A DNA stretch of 64,000 nucleotides from Macrostomum lignano (lineage: Eukaryota). Numbering within the stretch: the stretch's first letter is position 1; every line of letters begins with the position of its first letter. The position numbers were made by a program, and so were the translations under genes. The notes below the pieces were generated by a model that saw only the letters and a program-made list of their open reading frames with translations, ran no database searches and had not been told where the DNA came from. The stretch lies in assembly GCA_002269645.1 (NCBI GenBank), contig NIVC01003566.1, forward strand, positions 35,550 to 99,549, read 5' to 3'. Positions 45,935 to 57,408 of this stretch are shown here, piece by piece.

Positions 45935-48900
45935 TCAATCAGATTCTGATTCTTCGCCAGATACCATCGATGCAGCCAGGTGCACCTCCTCAACTGAGGG
46001 CGCGCTTGTGCGACCTGCAGAACAATTGGAAAGAATTTCATTCGATTCGGTTTAGCTTGGGGACACCTAACCTCACCTACCTAGGTCTGTCTACTCTACC
46101 ATTTCTTTCTGTAAAAGACACACACAGACAGGCAGACAGACAGGCAGACAGACAGGCAGGCAGACAGACAGACAGACAGACAGGCACTCACGCTCGCGTC
46201 CCCGCTCAACAATGGAGTTGGCCCGCATGGCCAGCCTGGCGGTGGCAGCGATGGCCTCCACCGGAGAGCCGTCCTGCCTCGCAGCCGCGTCTCCAGCCAC
46301 GTCGCCCTCGGCGCCACCAGAAGGATTAGCGAACGCGGTCGTCGCCGACCGAGTCACGGTGGACTCGTGCGGCATGAGTCGTTGCGGCGATCTGAACAGG
46401 TAGTTGCTAGGGTAGTGCCGCAGGTTGGTGACCCGCTGGGCGTAGATATCGGCGTAGCGCTCCAGCTGGTAGGCGAAGCTGGTCAGGCGGCCCCCGGACC
46501 GGAACAGCGAGCCCAAGAAGCCGTAGGCGGTGTCCATCTGGCGGACAACGTCGCGAATGTCGGCGCGAATGCGTTGGACCTCGTTAGCCGGCGGTCCCGG
46601 GTTCGAATCGCTGGCAGCTAGAGTGCAGTGAAGATACATTCGGCCCATCTCGGCTTCCAAGCGTTGCAGCCTCTCGAACAGCTGCTGGTCCTGCTTCCAC
46701 ACGAATAGCTCGTTCGCCAGTTCAGGAACAATGAGCAGGGTGCGCCAGCCGACCTTCTTGGACTTGATGATGTCGCCGAAGATGTGATCGCCTGCGTACA
46801 GCACGTCTTTGCCGCGGCAGCCGATTAGGCGGGAGAACTCGGCGCAGGAGCCTGCGGAATGTGATGGGGAATGTTTCTGTAAGCTCCTTGGGGCGTCAAT
46901 TTAGTTGCGCTATTGAGGGTGATAATTGATCCTTTTAATTAACCTGTGCAACTTCATCTAATAAGGCTTTCTAATCTTGCTAGGTGAGGTGTTAGTCAGA
47001 GATCTCATTGAGAAGGGAGAGATCTCATCGAGAAGGGAGAGATCTCATTGAGAAGGGAGATATCTCATTGAGAAGGGAGAGATCTCATTGAGAAGGGAGA
47101 GATCTCATCGAGAAGGGAGAGATCTCATTGAGAAAGAAGAGTCAGTTTTAAAAAAAATCGATATCCCCAATAGCTCTAATAGATTTACATGTGTAGCCAA
47201 TATGTTGCGTAAAATACTTTACAAAGCAGAATTCTACATGGACATAACAAGTTGGCGCACTTTAATTTTAACACAAATTTAAACACTGAAACTAAAATCA
47301 GATTAATTCACCTACCAATACGTCATAAAAAACAGATACCCTCAATATAGCTGTAATAGCTGTAACCCTCAAGATGCATATACATTGCCGATATGTAGCG
47401 CAAAATACTTTTCAAAGCGGATTTCTACATAGACTTAATAAAGTTAACAAACTTTGTTTCAATTGAAGCCACTCACCACCCGAATAGACCACGCCAGACT
47501 GCAGCGGGCCCATGTGAGTACCCAGCTTGAGCTTGCCGCTAGAGCGATCAACCACGCGCAGTAGGCTACCCTCGGCGAAGAACTTCGGCTTGCAGGCGCT
47601 AACTAATACGTAGTTGAATATGCCCACCCAGTCGGGGCCCAACAGGTAGGACATGAGAGCGTCAGTGTACCAATACTCGGAATTAGTCAGTAGAAACACC
47701 TTCGCACCCGTAGCCTTTAACTGCTCCAGTAGATCCAACAGATCCGAGTCGGTGTGAACAAACTCGTCGATCTGTTCAACGGTGAGACGTTTCAACGAGT
47801 CGTCGTTGTGAATTGCGTCTGCCGCGCCTCGAACGTCATTGAATAGGGAGCGGTACGAGATGTTGAGCTCCTGGGGATTGGAGGGACAGCACACAATAAC
47901 GGTGAGATAGGGTGAGAACGGGGAAAGCAGAAAGAATCATAGTGCCCTCAAACAGACCTTGTACACAATGCCGTTCCGTTCCACCGAAGCCTACGGCAGG
48001 GCCTTGAAGAACTCAATGATGGAGGCCATGCAGTAGATCTCCGGCAAATTAAACAGAGTATCGTACACATAGAACCTGTCGCTCAGCTGTACAAACTTAT
48101 TCTCGTACCAGGAGTGAAGCTCAGCGGACGGCACTACTGTTAGGCCAAATAGGCAGCTTAATAAATTGCCAAACGAATCCACTTTAAGTAGGCAGCCGCG
48201 ATCTTTGTCAAACCACAAGCCTCTGATAGGGAATGTGTGATCGTATTGGAATTTGAGTATCTCGCTGGGGTAGCCAATGTCAACCAGGCGGTTGAGCATT
48301 AAACGGAAGGCTGCAGATTCGTAGCTGGGTGATTTGTACTGGGCAAGGGTGTAGTCCATGTCGAATCCGTAGAACTTGATGCGGTCCAGCTGCAGACTGC
48401 GGTTCACGAATATTCTGGGCAGAGGTCAGTGGGGGAGGTGTGCACTGGTGAGGGATCTTTGTAGGCTAAACAATATTCATAAAGTACTTTGGCTGGACCA
48501 GCCTCCCAGTTCCTTAGTTGCTGGGCCAGCCTCCCAGATCCTCAGTTTCTGGGCCAGCCTCCCAGATCCTTAGTTGCTGGGCCAGCTTCCCAGTCCTTAG
48601 TTGCTGGGCCAGCCTCTCAGATCCTCAGTTGCTGGGCCAGCCTCCCAGATCCTTAGTTGCTGGGCCAGCCTCCCAGATCCTTAGTTGCTGGGCCAGCTTC
48701 CCAGTCCTTAGTTGCTGGGCCAGCCTCTCAGATCCTCAGTTGCTGGGCCAGCCTCCCAGATCCTCAGTTGCTCTGCCAGCCTCTCAGAGTGTCAGTTGCT
48801 GGGCCAGCCTCTTAGATCATCAGATGCTGGGCCAGCCTCCTAGAGTGTCAGTTGCTGGGCCAGCCTCCCAGATCCTTAGTTGCTGGGCCAGCCTCCCAGA

Positions 48901-49390
48901 GTGTCAGTTGCTGGGCCAGCCTCCCAGATCCTCAGTTGCTGGGCCAGCCTCCCAGATCCTCAGTTGCTGGGCCAGCCTCCCAGAGTGTCAGTTGCTGGGC
49001 CAGCCTCCCAGAGTGTCAGTTGCTGGGCCAGCCTCCCAGATCCTCAGTTGCTGGGCCAGCCTCCCAGATCCTCAGTTGCTGGGCCAGCCTCCCAGAGTGT
49101 CAGTTGCTGGGCCAGCCTCCTAGAGTGTCAGTTGCTGGGCCAGCCTCCCAGATCATCAGTTGCTGGGCCAGCCTCCCAGATCCTCAGTTGCTGGGCCAGC
49201 CTCCCAGATCCTCAGTTGCTGGGCCAGCCTCCCAGATCCTCAGTTGCTGGGCCATCACCCTTCATCGTCAAGCAATAAGCGACCATTCTCAAAAGCAAAG
49301 CACGCACCTGTGACCAGTCTCACGCTTAAGCAATTGAAATTCGGAAGACTTCTTCTCCGACCAAGTGTTGGCTCTGCTGTAGTAGTCCAT
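45935..49390 (-). CDS. NT5C2: Cytosolic purine 5'-nucleotidase cN-II (HAD family), 5 exons, 557 codons, with one internal TAG at codon ~169
   Basis: Exons (minus): 49308-49390, 47958-48414, 47477-47870, 46192-46851, 45935-46014. Motifs: HR-IFVNRSL, HAD motif I GFDMDYTLAQY, FLLTNS, KPKFF, YAGDHIFGDI, acidic C-terminus (GEESESD*). In-frame TAG at 47991-47993, so this may be a nonsense allele or pseudogene copy. Confidence 0.88.
47000..47135. repeat. 20-bp minisatellite GAGATCTCATTGAGAAGGGA, NT5C2 intron 3
   Basis: About 6 units. Confidence 0.9.
48490..49255. repeat. 28-bp minisatellite TCAGTTGCTGGGCCAGCCTCCCAGATCC, NT5C2 intron 1
   Basis: Tandem units. Confidence 0.94.
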
Positions 49391-49478
49391 GTCCAGTCTT
49401 TGCAGGATGTGTTTACAAAATGCTCTACCGTAGTTCTATTTATATTAATTTAATTCCAAGTCATCCAATTGGGAAGCT

Positions 49479-49487
49479 CTGAAAAAA
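49479..49487 (-). promoter_or_regulatory. Unpaired acceptor TTTTTTCAG upstream of the NT5C2 ATG (candidate SL trans-splice site)
   Basis: Strong pyrimidine tract plus CAG, 88 nt before the ATG and ~350 nt after the upstream gene's AATAAA. Confidence 0.45.
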
Positions 49488-49828
49488 TGGGCAATCTATA
49501 TAATAATAATGACTACTAAATATAGAATTATGTCAGCTATTTACAGATTTCTTTTGAGGTAGAAATATTTTTCCAAGAAAACAATCAATCTGGCACAAAC
49601 GTTAATTAGGAAGGGCGGTTGCCAGGCAAACGAAGATTTGCCTATCAATTATAATACCATAAATAGGACTCTTATTCGCCTTGGATCCTTAGCTTCATCC
49701 ACATACCTAACCGTCTATATAATAAAACTACTTATAAGTAGTGTAAACGCGCATCAACAAAAGGTAGAAAAAAAGAAAATCAAAGAAACACTTTAATACA
49801 ACAAAAAAAGAAACGATCACAGAGGGTT

Positions 49829-49834
49829 TTTATT
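49829..49834 (-). terminator. Putative exonuclease polyadenylation signal AATAAA
   Basis: About 130 nt after the stop, followed by U-rich sequence. Confidence 0.5.
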
Positions 49835-49962
49835 CTAAAACAGTTTTTTACAGAATTTGTCTGGTTGGCTTCTAGTTTGTTTTAATCCAGTGTATTTGTT
49901 TTTTAATAGGAAAATAACTCTCTAAAGACTGCTTATAGTAGGCGCAGTATAAAGCGCGCCAG

Positions 49963-52900
49963 TCACCAGTATTTGTCATCGACTAGCAGATTGTCGGCAT
50001 CTCCAGTCTGCCAGGTGCCAACAAAGCCAGGCCTCACTTGTCGTCTGGCTGTTAACTTGGCTGTTGATTCGGGATTTGAGTAGGATAATTCATGTAGGCG
50101 CGCTCTCTGGCGCTCTTTCACTGATGCAGCTGCTTTGTCGCCATTGCTTGCCTGCGTAAAATAGTTTTAGAGCGATTGGCGCTGAAATCCAGCCTCTGGC
50201 GCTAAAATCCAGCCTCTGGCGCTAAAATCTAGCCTGTGACGCCAAAATCTAGCCTCTGGTGCTAAAATCCAGTCTGTGACCCTAATATCTAGCCTGTGGC
50301 GCTAGTTTAGCCTGTGGCGCTAAAATCTAGCCTGTGGCCCCAAAATCTAGCTTGTGGCGCTAAAATTTAGTCTGTGACTTTGTGGCGCTAAAATTTAGTC
50401 TGTGACTTTGTGGCGCTAAAATTTAGTCTGTGACTTTGTGGCGCTAAAATTTAGTCTGTGACTTTGTGGCGCTAAAATTTAGTCTGTGACTTTGTGGCGC
50501 TAAAATTTAGTCTGTGACTTTGTGGCGCTAAAATTTAGTCTGTGACTTTGTGGCGCTAAAATTTAGTCTGTGACTTTGTGGCGCTAAAATTTAGTCTGTG
50601 ACTTTGTGGCGCTAAAATTTAGTCTGTGACTTTGTGGCGCTAAAATTTAGTCTGTGACTTTGTGGCGCTAAAATCTAGCCTGTGGCGCTAAAATCCAGTC
50701 TGTGGCGCTAAAATCCAGTCTGTGGCGCTAAAACCCAGCCTGTGGCGCTAAAATCCCGTCTGTGGTGCTAAAATCTAGCCTGTGGCGCCAAAATCTAGCT
50801 TGTGGCGCTGAAATTAGTTTGTGGCGCTAAAATCTAGCAGCTGTAACGCTAAAATCTAGCCTGGGGCGAAAATCTAGCTTGTGGCGCTGAAATCTAGTTT
50901 GTGGCGCTAAAATCTAGTCTGTGGCTCTAAAATCGAGTTTGTGGCGCTAAAATCCAGCCTGTGGCTCTAAAATCGAGTTTGTGGCGCTAAAATCCAGCCT
51001 GTGGCGCTAAAATCTAGCCTGTGGCGCTAATATCTAGCCTGTTGCGCTAATATCTAGTTTGTGGCGCTTTAAACCAGCCTGTGGTGCTAAAATCTTGTCT
51101 GTGGCGCCATAAACTAGCCTGTGGCGCCATGAACCAGCCTGTGGCTCTAAAATCTAACCTGTGGTGCTAAAATCTAGTCTGTGGCGCTATAAACCTGCCT
51201 GTGGCGCCATAAACCAGCTTGTGGCGCTAAAATCTAGTCTGTGGCGCTAAAATCTAGCCTGTGGCGCTAAAATCTAGTCTGTTTGCGCTAAAATCTAGTC
51301 TGTGGCGCCATAAACCTGCCTCTGGCGCCATAAACCTGCCTCTGGCGCCATAAACCAGCCTGTGGCGCTAAAATCTAGTCTGTGGCGCTAAAATCTAGTC
51401 TGTGGCGCTAAAATCTAGTCTGTGGCGCTAAAATCCGTCTGTGGCGCTAAAATCTAGTCTGTGGCGCTAAAATCTAGTCTGTGGCGCTAAAATCTAGCCT
51501 GTTGGCGCTAAAATCTAGCCTGCTCACCTGATCAGACCCATCGTCAGACTCCTTGCCCAGCTCGGGAGCTCGCACTCCCAGCTGAGACTCCCACTCCTCG
51601 GCAACCAGATGATACAATTTCAGGCAAGCGTCGGCGTCTTCAACTGAGTCGTGCTCGCGCTGCTGGATTCTCAGATTGAGCAGAGCGAGGGAGAGACTGC
51701 GCAGACTGGCCGGCCGCTTGCCCTGGGGCGGCATGCCAGCCTTGGCCTTGGCGTGGGGTGGGTGGGGTATCGGGTTGATTGGGCGATAATTGTTGTCTTG
51801 AAAACTGTAAGGCTCTGGGCGTGAGATAACGGATGGTGCATAAGGTGAGACAGGGGTGAGACAGGGGTGAGATAGGGGTGAGACAGGGGTGAGATAGGGG
51901 TGAGACAGGGGTGAGACAGGGGTGGGATAGGGGTGAGACAAGGTTGAGATTTAGGTAAGTAGGGGTGAATGAGATAGATGTGAGAAGGTGCGAGACAGGA
52001 GTGAGATTAGGTGAGATAGGTGTGAGATAGGGGTGAAACAGGGACTGTGAGGTATAGGTAAGATAGGGGTGAGAGTGAGATAGGGGTGAGATAGAATGAG
52101 ATATGGCTGAAACAGGTGTGAGACAGGGAGATAAGGGTGTGATATGGGTGAGAAAGAGATGAGAACACTCGGCAGTCCAGAAGGCTCACCTGCAGCAGGA
52201 CGCACTTGCTAGTGTCCCGAACCAGACCCTCCGGATGGTGCAATCGCAGCACTCTTAAATCGTTATGCAAAGCGTGACCAACTAGAACTCGACCCCGTAC
52301 AGCCCGACGGACCAGATCCTGAACGGCGTCGAATGGAAGGCCGCGTGAGAGGTCGGCAGCTCGAATGCCGCTCCATCTGGTTCGGTAATCTGTTACTGGC
52401 TCGTCTGGCAGGCACATCACATCTAGCAGCACCTGACAGGTGGATTGGGAGACAGATTAATGAGCATCGTCTACCATGCCTTATCTACTCCAGTCCATGA
52501 TCTACAGTCTACCCCAGTCCATGATCTACCGTCTACCCCAGTCCATGATCTACCGTCTACCCCAGTCCATGATCTACAGTCTACCCCAATCCATGATCTA
52601 CAGTCTACCCCAATCCATGATCTACAGTCTACCCCAATCCTTGATCTACCGTCTACCTCAATCCATGATCTACAGTCTACCCCAATCCATGATCTACAGT
52701 CTACCCTAACCCTGATTTACCATAACTATCTACCCCAAATCCATGATCTACCATAACTATCTATCCCCAATCCATGATCTACCATAACTATCTATCCCCA
52801 ATCCATGATCTACCATAACTATCTATCCCCAATCCATGATCTACCATAACTATCTATCCCCAATCCATGATCTACCATAACTATCTACTCATCCAATCCA

Positions 52901-53505
52901 TGATCTACCATAACTATCCACTCACCCAATCCATGATCTACCATAACTATCTACTCACCCAATCCATGATCTACCATAACTATCCACTCACCCAATCCAT
53001 GATCTACCATAACTATCTACTCATCCAATCCATGATCTACCATAACTATCCACTCACCCAATCCATGATCTACCATAACTATCTATCCCCAATCCATGAT
53101 CTACCATAACTATCTACTCACCCAATCCATGATCTACCATAACTATCTATCCCCAATCCATGATCTACCATAACTATCTACTCACCCAATATAGGCAATA
53201 ACCCATTCAAAAAGTCTCACATCTCCTCTCTCGTTGAGCACGCTAGCTCTTCCTAGAGCGCTAACGCTGCCTCTTGGCCCGGTGCCAACAAATTCGCAAT
53301 CAATAGCCACCACTTGAGTGGCTAAGCTGGGCTCATCTAGGCGAACAATGTTAGTTCTAATAATTGGCAGCGCCTTTGACCGAGAAAAGAAATTGTTACG
53401 AATATTTAAACGGGCACGTTTGACTCCGATGGACTGCTGCTTAGCTGATGCACTTAGTCGTTTTGTACTTCCGACAGCGCGTTTTTCATGAGAAGTTGAT
53501 GCCAT
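49963..53505 (-). CDS. DEDDh 3'-5' exonuclease, ISG20L2/AEN-like (REXO4-related family), 4 exons, ~311 aa
   Basis: Exons (minus): 53221-53505, 52190-52432, 51528-~51746, 49963-50151. ExoI VAIDCEFVGTGPRG, DYRTRWSGI, ExoII VGHALHNDL, RDTS, ExoIII HDSVEDA, ends DDKYW*. YRTRWSG and GTGP favour ISG20L2/AEN over REXO4. The exon 3 acceptor is ambiguous by 6 nt. Confidence 0.85.
50170..51520. repeat. 20/29-bp minisatellite TGTGGCGCTAAAATCTAGTC, exonuclease intron 3
   Basis: Tandem units with a homogeneous 29-bp sub-block at ~50355-50665. Confidence 0.94.
51840..52160. repeat. GGGGTGAGA(C/T)A array, exonuclease intron 2
   Basis: Tandem 13-bp units grading into degenerate copies. Confidence 0.85.
52470..53190. 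repeat. 27-bp to 33-bp CCAATCCATGATCTAC minisatellite, exonuclease intron 1
   Basis: Two related unit lengths. Confidence 0.93.
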
Positions 53506-53533
53506 TCGCTGCTAGAGAAAGTTGAAAATTTAC

Positions 53534-53552
53534 CTGCAAATTGGAATGAAAA
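53534..53552 (-). promoter_or_regulatory. Unpaired 3' splice acceptor 28 nt upstream of the exonuclease ATG (candidate SL trans-splice site)
   Basis: Minus strand ...TTTTTTCATTCCAATTTGCAG|G, ~460 nt downstream of the inferred ERCC1 cleavage site. Confidence 0.5.
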
Positions 53553-53589
53553 AAGATTCTCTTCAGTTGCTTGTTATGAGCGATTCAGA

Positions 53590-53955
53590 AATGATCAAGG
53601 GCGAATCTCAGGGTAGATCGAGGGCGATTCTTGGGGTAGATTGAGGGCAAATCTCAGGGTAGGTTGATGGCGATTCTCAGATCTCAGGGTAGATTGAGGG
53701 GGATTCTCAGGGTAGATTAAGGGCGATTCTCGGGGTAGATTGAGGGCGATTCTCGGGGTAGATTGAGGGCAAATCTCAGGGTAGATTGATGGCGATTCTC
53801 AGATCTCAGGGTAGATTGAGGGCGATTCTCAGGGTAGATTGAGGCGATTCTCGGGGTAGATTGAGGGCGATTCTCGGGGTAGATTGAGGGCCAATCTCAG
53901 GGTAGATTGATGGCGATTCTCAGGGTAGATTAAGGGCGATTCTCGGGTAGATTGA
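53590..53955. repeat. 23-bp array GGGTAGATTGAGGGCGATTCTC between ERCC1 and the exonuclease gene
   Basis: Reverse complement carries the GAGAATCGCCC core. Confidence 0.9.
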
Positions 53956-54011
53956 CACAAAACACAAATTTGAAGCGTTAACAAACACCGATAAAGACCT
54001 TAATTGAATAG

Positions 54012-54017
54012 TTTATT
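54012..54017 (-). terminator. Putative ERCC1 polyadenylation signal AATAAA
   Basis: TTTATT on the plus strand, downstream of the ERCC1 stop. Confidence 0.5.
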
Positions 54018-54229
54018 ATTTTGATATACACAAAAATGCAGTGCGCAAGTTGCAGAAAACAGGCAGAAGTTACATGATAGTTCAAAATTAGGTTGCGAAG
54101 ATGCAAAATATTTTTTCCGGTTTCTAGGTAATGGTTTCTCGGAACAAAATACATTTATGAAGGAATAAAAGTGAGAAGAGTGGCCAGGAGGTTAGTGGCT
54201 GATACCTATCAATAATTAGAGACTAATAG

Positions 54230-54570
54230 CGGCATTTGTGAGACTTATCGTGAGATAAGAATTGAGATAAGGACGAAATAAGGGGTGAGATGTAGATGAG
54301 ATAGTGTGAGATATGGTTGAAGTAAAAGGGTGAGATAGGAGCGAGCTACATGTATGCGTGAGATAGGGATGGGTAAGGGTGAGATGAAGGTAAGAAAATG
54401 AGATAGGGGTTAGATGGGTGAGATAAAGGTGAGATAGGGATGAGATATCGGTGGATGGGGGTGAGATGGGGTAAGATAGGGATGAGATCGATGAGATATG
54501 GGTGAGATAAGGGTGAGAAACATGGATGAGAAGACAGGGTGAGTGAGATACGGATGAGATCGGGAACAAT
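54230..54570. repeat. Degenerate GGTGAGATAGG array downstream of the ERCC1 stop
   Basis: Loose tandem units, bracketed by donor- and acceptor-like sites on the minus strand. Confidence 0.75.
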
Positions 54571-54604
54571 GAGGAGACTAATCCCAGACACAGACCATCA
54601 GCCT

Positions 54605-55412
54605 TCAGTCAGCGAAGTTCTGCCCGAACACAGCGGTGAGCCTGGCGGCCTTCTTCGGGCCCAGGCCGGGGCACCGCTCCAGCTCGGCGCTGCTGGCTCC
54701 AACCATGGCCTCGAAGGTGCCGAAATTGGCAGCCAAACAGGCCGCGTCTGTCCGGCTGACGCCTCGGACGCATCCCAAGACGTCTCTGAGCTGTCCCGGC
54801 CAGTCCTCGGCCGAGCGTTCCATCAAACTATCGGCCGGTTTCTTCTCTAAAGATTTGAAACTCTCCAAATAACGAGCAGCCTCTTCGTTGCTCCAAGCCA
54901 GTATCAGAGTTGAGCCGGCTAGCAAACAGATCCGATTTAATTCTCTAACAGAATCGGAATATTCCTGCGTGTCTACTAACAGTAATAGAATGCGCAAGTC
55001 GTAATCTTTAGGGCCAAGCTGTTTGAGCCGGCGGTGCACATAGTCTGGGTGCAGGCAGTGGTAGCGAACGGACAGAAACAGAGCGCAGGCTGTCCGGCCA
55101 AGGACGAAATCGGCCGGATCTGCTAAATCCGAATACTCCCAGGGCACCGAGCGAATGAGCGGCAGCAGAGGATTGCCGCGCTGCCGATTGTTAACTAGTA
55201 TTCTCTGCTGCTGCAACTGCTGCTGCTGCTGCTGGTCCTTCTGCTCCTGCTGGAGCTGCTGGGCGGCCACTTTGATCACGCCTGGCAGGGGGTGAGCCTT
55301 TGGCAGCGTGCTAGCACTACTGGTCTTGCTCGGCTCAGGGTCTTTGTTGCCTGCTTTAAATTAACAAGTTTGTGGGCTATGTAATCTATGTGAATGATAT
55401 TGTATCTACACT

Positions 55413-55480
<68 letters not shown>

Positions 55481-55913
55481 CAGACAGACTGACAGACAGA
55501 CAGACTTTATTTTAACAAATTGTAAGGGATTTTCATTCTAAGCATGGAAAATTCCACATAACAGATTGTCATGAGTTATTTATCTTAAACAGCATACCAC
55601 TAGTGCAGTCAGTTGATGAAGGCCCACACTCAGTGCCAATAGAACCAGCTGATGCTGACTTTGCCCCTTCAGCTCGAGTGGCAGCAAATATTGCTCCAGG
55701 GGTGAATTCGGCATCACCATTAGGGTTTGAGCGCCATTTAGCAACTCCATTGCCACCATTGCTGTCAGATATCTCATCTCTACCATCATTATCATCACCA
55801 ATTATTGCAATATCAATTTGTACTCTAGGCTTTTTAGAAAGGTTTTCATCTGTTTTAAAGCCATTATCAGGAGCAACATTGTCAGACAATGTGCACTTTG
55901 GTGGCAATGACAT
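54605..55913 (-). CDS. ERCC1: DNA excision repair protein ERCC1 (XPF partner), 2 coding exons, ~353 aa
   Basis: Exon 54605-55350 carries ILVNNRQRGNPLL...VPWEY...DFVLGRTACALFLSVRYHCLHPDY, LILAWSNEEAARYLE and HhH2 CPGLGPKKA. The first exon 55598-55913 is a disordered N-terminus, less certain, and joins in phase 1 (G|gtatgc ... aagcag|GC). Confidence 0.9.
55413..55503. repeat. (GACA)n microsatellite, ERCC1 intron 1
   Basis: Tetranucleotide run. Confidence 0.95.
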
Positions 55914-57408
55914 AATCTAGTTTTTTTTTTATCAGATGACTCTTGAGGTTAAATTCTGGAATATTTAGAGCAAGTAATACGAGTACATTAATATTTGTGC
56001 ACGTGAGTACATACACATATAGCAATTATAAATATAGAAGATTTATCTAAGCAAGTATCTTTAGCACTAATACCCAAAAATAATAATCAACCAGCCAAAT
56101 TATTATATTCTAATTAAAATTCAAAATATTATAAATTTCCATTACACTGGAAATATATAAATAATATATTGGTTAGGCCTATAAAAAGCCAAAAAATGCT
56201 TGATAAATATTATTTAATATAAAGTTCTAGAAAATTCTGTAGAATTTCATTCTTAGCTTAATGATTATGCAACAAAATATACAACACTAGAATTGACAAA
56301 CTCCAGCCTAAAAACCACATGCCATATATAAAGCCTCTTTATCTGTTAAGAATAGGTTTAAGACTAGATTAAGACCTAGGTTAACTTAGGTTAGGCCTAG
56401 GAAATTAGGAAATTTAATGTAAACAAAGCATGGTTAAGTGTAGGCCCTAATATACATAGCAGTTATAAATAGCTATATTTTTATAAAGTCACAAGTGTTT
56501 AATTATGGCATTGTGTAAGGCAAATACAAGCTACCTTAAAAGTATTTTTACTCTATTATGAAACATGTCTTTTATGAAACATGGATTTAACCCTATCTAA
56601 TCTAGGCCTAGGTCTAAGAGTAAGTTATTTTATATATATGTAATATATAAATAAGGAAAGTCTAGGATTCTAAGATTCTAAGTATAGATAAATAGTGTAT
56701 TATTATTTAATGTGAACATTTTGAAGCCAAAGGGGTTTTGATATAAAGGAAAACTTGTTGTAAATATTGCAATAGTTTGAAATTTATTCTTTATAAATTA
56801 TATAGGCCCTATCTACTAAATTTTACTTTAAGTTTGCTATTATTTCAAACTCTCAGTTCACTAGGCCTACTAGGCCCTAACCTATATATATTCGATAATA
56901 TAAACTAGTTAGGTTTAAGATAGTCATGGTAGGCTTAGTGCTAAGTGGCTAGTCTTTCCTTTGATATGCACAGGTCAACAGAAACAATTTAGTAATATAA
57001 GCTAGGATAGGGCATAGAATGACAATGTTCCAGTTTTCCACTCAATTTTTTCACTGATAAAAATGTGTCACAATAGGCCTACTTGGTAAAGTCAAAATAT
57101 AGGGATCAACCTAAGAGTTTTCACACAAGATAATAATGGGAAATCCAGTAGAGTATATTCCCAAATTGGTTGCCTAGGAACAGATGGCACCACATGAACT
57201 TTGCATATTCCATGCATTGCTTGGAACTTTGCTTAGCAATTCTCCAACACTCACTTAGATTGTCTCTAAAAATTTCAGATGTCTTCTCGTAAAAAAACAA
57301 GGAATAAGCTGCTTTGGTATAGAATCAAGTAAAGCACTGGGCGAGTGGCTATTATTATGGTATAGAAGCAACAACTCATACTCACAGCCTCTTTATATTG
57401 GCTCCTCT

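Noticed and set aside
47991-47993. Pyrrolysine or selenocysteine recoding
   Set aside because: Sec uses TGA; Pyl is not known in animals and no machinery is present in the window.
47991-48002. 12-nt GC-AG micro-intron (GCCCTGCCGTAG) removing the NT5C2 stop
   Set aside because: Far below any intron length seen here, and it would delete 4 residues from a gap-free alignment.
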